DNA from: Trichormus sp. ATA11-4-KO1
Lineage (GTDB): Bacteria > Cyanobacteriota > Cyanobacteriia > Cyanobacteriales > Nostocaceae
Length of the DNA: 64,000 bases
Reading direction: 5' to 3'
Assembly: GCA_019358915.1 (NCBI GenBank)
Contig: JAHHIM010000005.1
Coordinates: 96,001-160,000 of the forward strand
Shown: positions 61,617 to 64,000 of the stretch, one piece after another
Layout: every line of letters begins with the position of its first letter
Position numbering within the stretch: the stretch's first letter is position 1
Notes under the pieces: generated by a model
Seen by the model: the letters and a program-made list of their open reading frames with translations, nothing else
Told to the model about the DNA's origin: nothing
The model's database searches: none
Position numbers and translations under genes: made by a program

Positions 61617-62981
61617 ATGAAATGGTCTCTCCGAGGAAAATGGATTATTGCCGGGTTTGGTTTAACTCTGTTACTGATGGGATTAGTTACCTTCGCTTCA
61701 TTTAAAAACACAACTGAAATTCAACAGGGTGCTAATAGGATACAACATACTTATCAAACCCTCAATACTTTGACAGATTTTTCTGCGGCGATGACGGCTG
61801 CGGAATCGGCACGGCGAGGATACATATTTTTGGGTAATAGACAAGATTTAAAGCGTCATCAAAATGAAGTTGCTAATATGCAGTCTGAACTCAGGCTGTT
61901 ACAGGAGCAGATACATTCTAGTTTGAGTCAGCAACAGCGATTCGCACGATTAGACTCATTGGTAAATCAAAGATTAGCTCTTTTGAGACAATCTATTGAA
62001 CTTTATCAAAAGGATGAAACAGCATTACAAACACAAAATAATATTACTGAAAGCAGCGTTAAACTTAGAGAAGAAATTTTGCCCATAATGGCAGATATTA
62101 AAGCTGAAGAACAAAGTTATTTGCAAAATTCTCTAGAGCAATCTGATAACAGTATTCGTTTGCGAATCTTGATAGAAATACTGGGAACAATTTTAAGTCT
62201 TATAGTGATTGCTAGTTTGTGTATCACACTGGATCGTCAATGGATAAAACGCGAGAAAATTGAATCGTTAGAAGTTTCTCTAGCCCAAGAAAAAGAATTT
62301 GGTGAACTCAAAATTCGCTTGTTTTCCATGATTTCTCACGAATTTCGTACACCTTTGAGCATTATTTTACTTTCTTCTCAGTTATTAAAAGAAATTTTGA
62401 AAGAACTGGTGGATGATCAGCAATTAAAAAATCTCTACCGAATTCAATCTTCAGCAAAATTAATGAATCATTTATTAACAGATATATTGACTTTAACTAG
62501 AGCAGAGGCAGGTAAGCTAGATTATAAACCTCAATTGATTAATGTAGAAAATTTTTGTCTAAATTTAGTAGAAGATTTACAACTTTTTGGCACGGCTCCC
62601 CATTTAATAAAATTCATGAATCATGGTCAATGTTTTCGTGCTCATCTAGATGAAAAATTGCTGTATTCTATTCTCAGCAATTTACTATTAAATGCTATTA
62701 AGTATTCATTTGCTGGAGGTAAGATATACTTAATTTTAAATTCGGAAGCAGAAGCTATAGTTTTTCAGGTAATAGATGAAGGAATCGGTATTCCACCAGC
62801 AGAACAAGAAAAAATTTATGAGCCTTTGTATCGGTGTCAAAATGTTGAAAACATTGTGGGGACTGGGTTGGGCTTGGCAGTGGTGAAGAAATGTGTAGAA
62901 CGTCATCATGGAGAGATTTCTGTGGAAAGTGCAGTAGGAGTTGGGACAACATTTACTGTCAAGATTCCTTCAATTAACTGA
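61617..62981 (+). CDS. CHASE3-domain sensor histidine kinase
   Basis: TM-CHASE3 (AESARRGY)-TM, then SHEFRTPL, NLLLNAIKYS, DEGIGI and GTGLGL motifs. Confidence 0.95.
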   Translation: MKWSLRGKWIIAGFGLTLLLMGLVTFASFKNTTEIQQGANRIQHTYQTLNTLTDFSAAMTAAESARRGYIFLGNRQDLKRHQNEVANMQSELRLLQEQIHSSLSQQQRFARLDSLVNQRLALLRQSIELYQKDETALQTQNNITESSVKLREEILPIMADIKAEEQSYLQNSLEQSDNSIRLRILIEILGTILSLIVIASLCITLDRQWIKREKIESLEVSLAQEKEFGELKIRLFSMISHEFRTPLSIILLSSQLLKEILKELVDDQQLKNLYRIQSSAKLMNHLLTDILTLTRAEAGKLDYKPQLINVENFCLNLVEDLQLFGTAPHLIKFMNHGQCFRAHLDEKLLYSILSNLLLNAIKYSFAGGKIYLILNSEAEAIVFQVIDEGIGIPPAEQEKIYEPLYRCQNVENIVGTGLGLAVVKKCVERHHGEISVESAVGVGTTFTVKIPSIN

Positions 62982-63238
62982 TGCCAAATAATAAAAGTGT
63001 TTACCTCTTTATCCCGTTTTTGCAGAGGAAAAATCGATTAGTTCTAATGCACCAATTTAGCTTTGTCAGTGCAATACTATTCGTTACACCGAACTTTCGT
63101 CTACCAAGTTTCAAGGTCTTTAGGATGATTGATGTTTAGTTTAACACTCTCGCTTAATTGTTCCCCATCTCTTCCAAAAAATCCCTCTCCTAAATTTAGG
63201 GGAAAAACGGTGGCTGTGATGTCTGTAAATCGATAATT

Positions 63239-64000
63239 CTAATCGTTTTTACGATAGGAAAGAATATAATAACGGACTAACCCCATACGACTAACCCATT
63301 CAATGATATTTGTGGATTTAGATGAATTTTGATTTCCTGACTCGCGTAAAATTCGTTTGAATAGAGAATAAGTTGGTAGAGTATTAGAAGTAATATCTTC
63401 TTCTAAGATTGAGGTAAAACCTGTAGATTGGGCAAGTTTTCGGTAAGTTGGTAAAATGAAACTATTGTCAATATGCCCATAAGTATTACCAACCACTTTT
63501 TTAATTAAATTGCCTGAAACTTTTATAAAAGGAAGCATAACTCTTAAAGGAATAAAATCACTGAATATAAGCCTTCCCCCTGGTTTAAGTACTCGCCATA
63601 CTTCTTGGAAAAACTTTTGACGACTGGGAAAATGGAAAATGCATTCAACTGCTAGAACTATGTCAAAAGAGTTATCAGCAAAAGGTAGTTTACAAGCATC
63701 TCCTTGTACAAATTTGATGGAATTATGACTACGGTGTTGAACTTGTGCTCTAGCTCTAGTAAGTTGGCGTGGGTCAATATTTAAACCAATTAACTGCATT
63801 TTATCAAAGTGATGGTTTAAACTTGCAATTGTGCCACCAAAACCACAACCACAGTCAAGAATCTTTTGTCCATTTGTTACTTTGCCTGCGTCATACATGC
63901 GTCGGGATAAATTTTCTGCTGCTAATGCAAAGTCATGTATTGATCCATCTGCTTTTGATGGATCATCCCAATAACCCCAATGTACATGAAGACCAAAACC
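63239..64000 (-). CDS. Class I SAM-dependent methyltransferase (tocopherol/sterol-MT-like), 5'-partial
   Basis: Frame is open to the window end (HVHWGYW); ILDCGCGFGG, LPFADNSFD and RVLKPGG motifs. Confidence 0.9.
   Translation of the reverse strand, partial: GFGLHVHWGYWDDPSKADGSIHDFALAAENLSRRMYDAGKVTNGQKILDCGCGFGGTIASLNHHFDKMQLIGLNIDPRQLTRARAQVQHRSHNSIKFVQGDACKLPFADNSFDIVLAVECIFHFPSRQKFFQEVWRVLKPGGRLIFSDFIPLRVMLPFIKVSGNLIKKVVGNTYGHIDNSFILPTYRKLAQSTGFTSILEEDITSNTLPTYSLFKRILRESGNQNSSKSTNIIEWVSRMGLVRYYILSYRKND

Overview
This window looks like chromosome from a heterocyst-forming cyanobacterium (Nostocales-like). It has many HIP1 GCGATCGC sites, heptamer STRRs and small dispersed repeats. Core blocks: (i) ctpB-GT2-ycf29-[Asr1734/Npun_R1517 homolog]-ndhM-prpJ-CHAT/FHA-hyp-FHA/PrsW; (ii) a complete nitrate-assimilation cluster (nirA-nrtABCD-nrtP-narB, narM, divergent Rieske-nirB) with a canonical NtcA/NtcB promoter; (iii) tRNA-Val(GAC), ycf34, a CCA-type nucleotidyltransferase and der; (iv) a CHASE3 kinase/OmpR pair. 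Less obvious elements: a ~6.2-kb island bracketed by a duplicated narB 3' end, holding a decayed integron (5'-truncated intI, an intact-looking attC, GNAT and SRPBCC cassette remnants), toxin-antitoxin genes, a truncated Rpn gene and a MarR-NmrA-4Fe4S/SCP2 operon; a hicBA pair bracketed by a duplicated nirB 3' end; a group II intron remnant; deletion remnants of glpK, groEL and a TonB receptor. The top candidate for an undescribed system is a 62-codon ORF encoding the PatS-type motif DERGSGR. It lies 9 nt downstream of a hypothetical gene whose promoter region has an 11-bp triple direct repeat, next to the OmpR/CHASE3 two-component pair. All calls come from reading the sequence by eye; no database searches were run.
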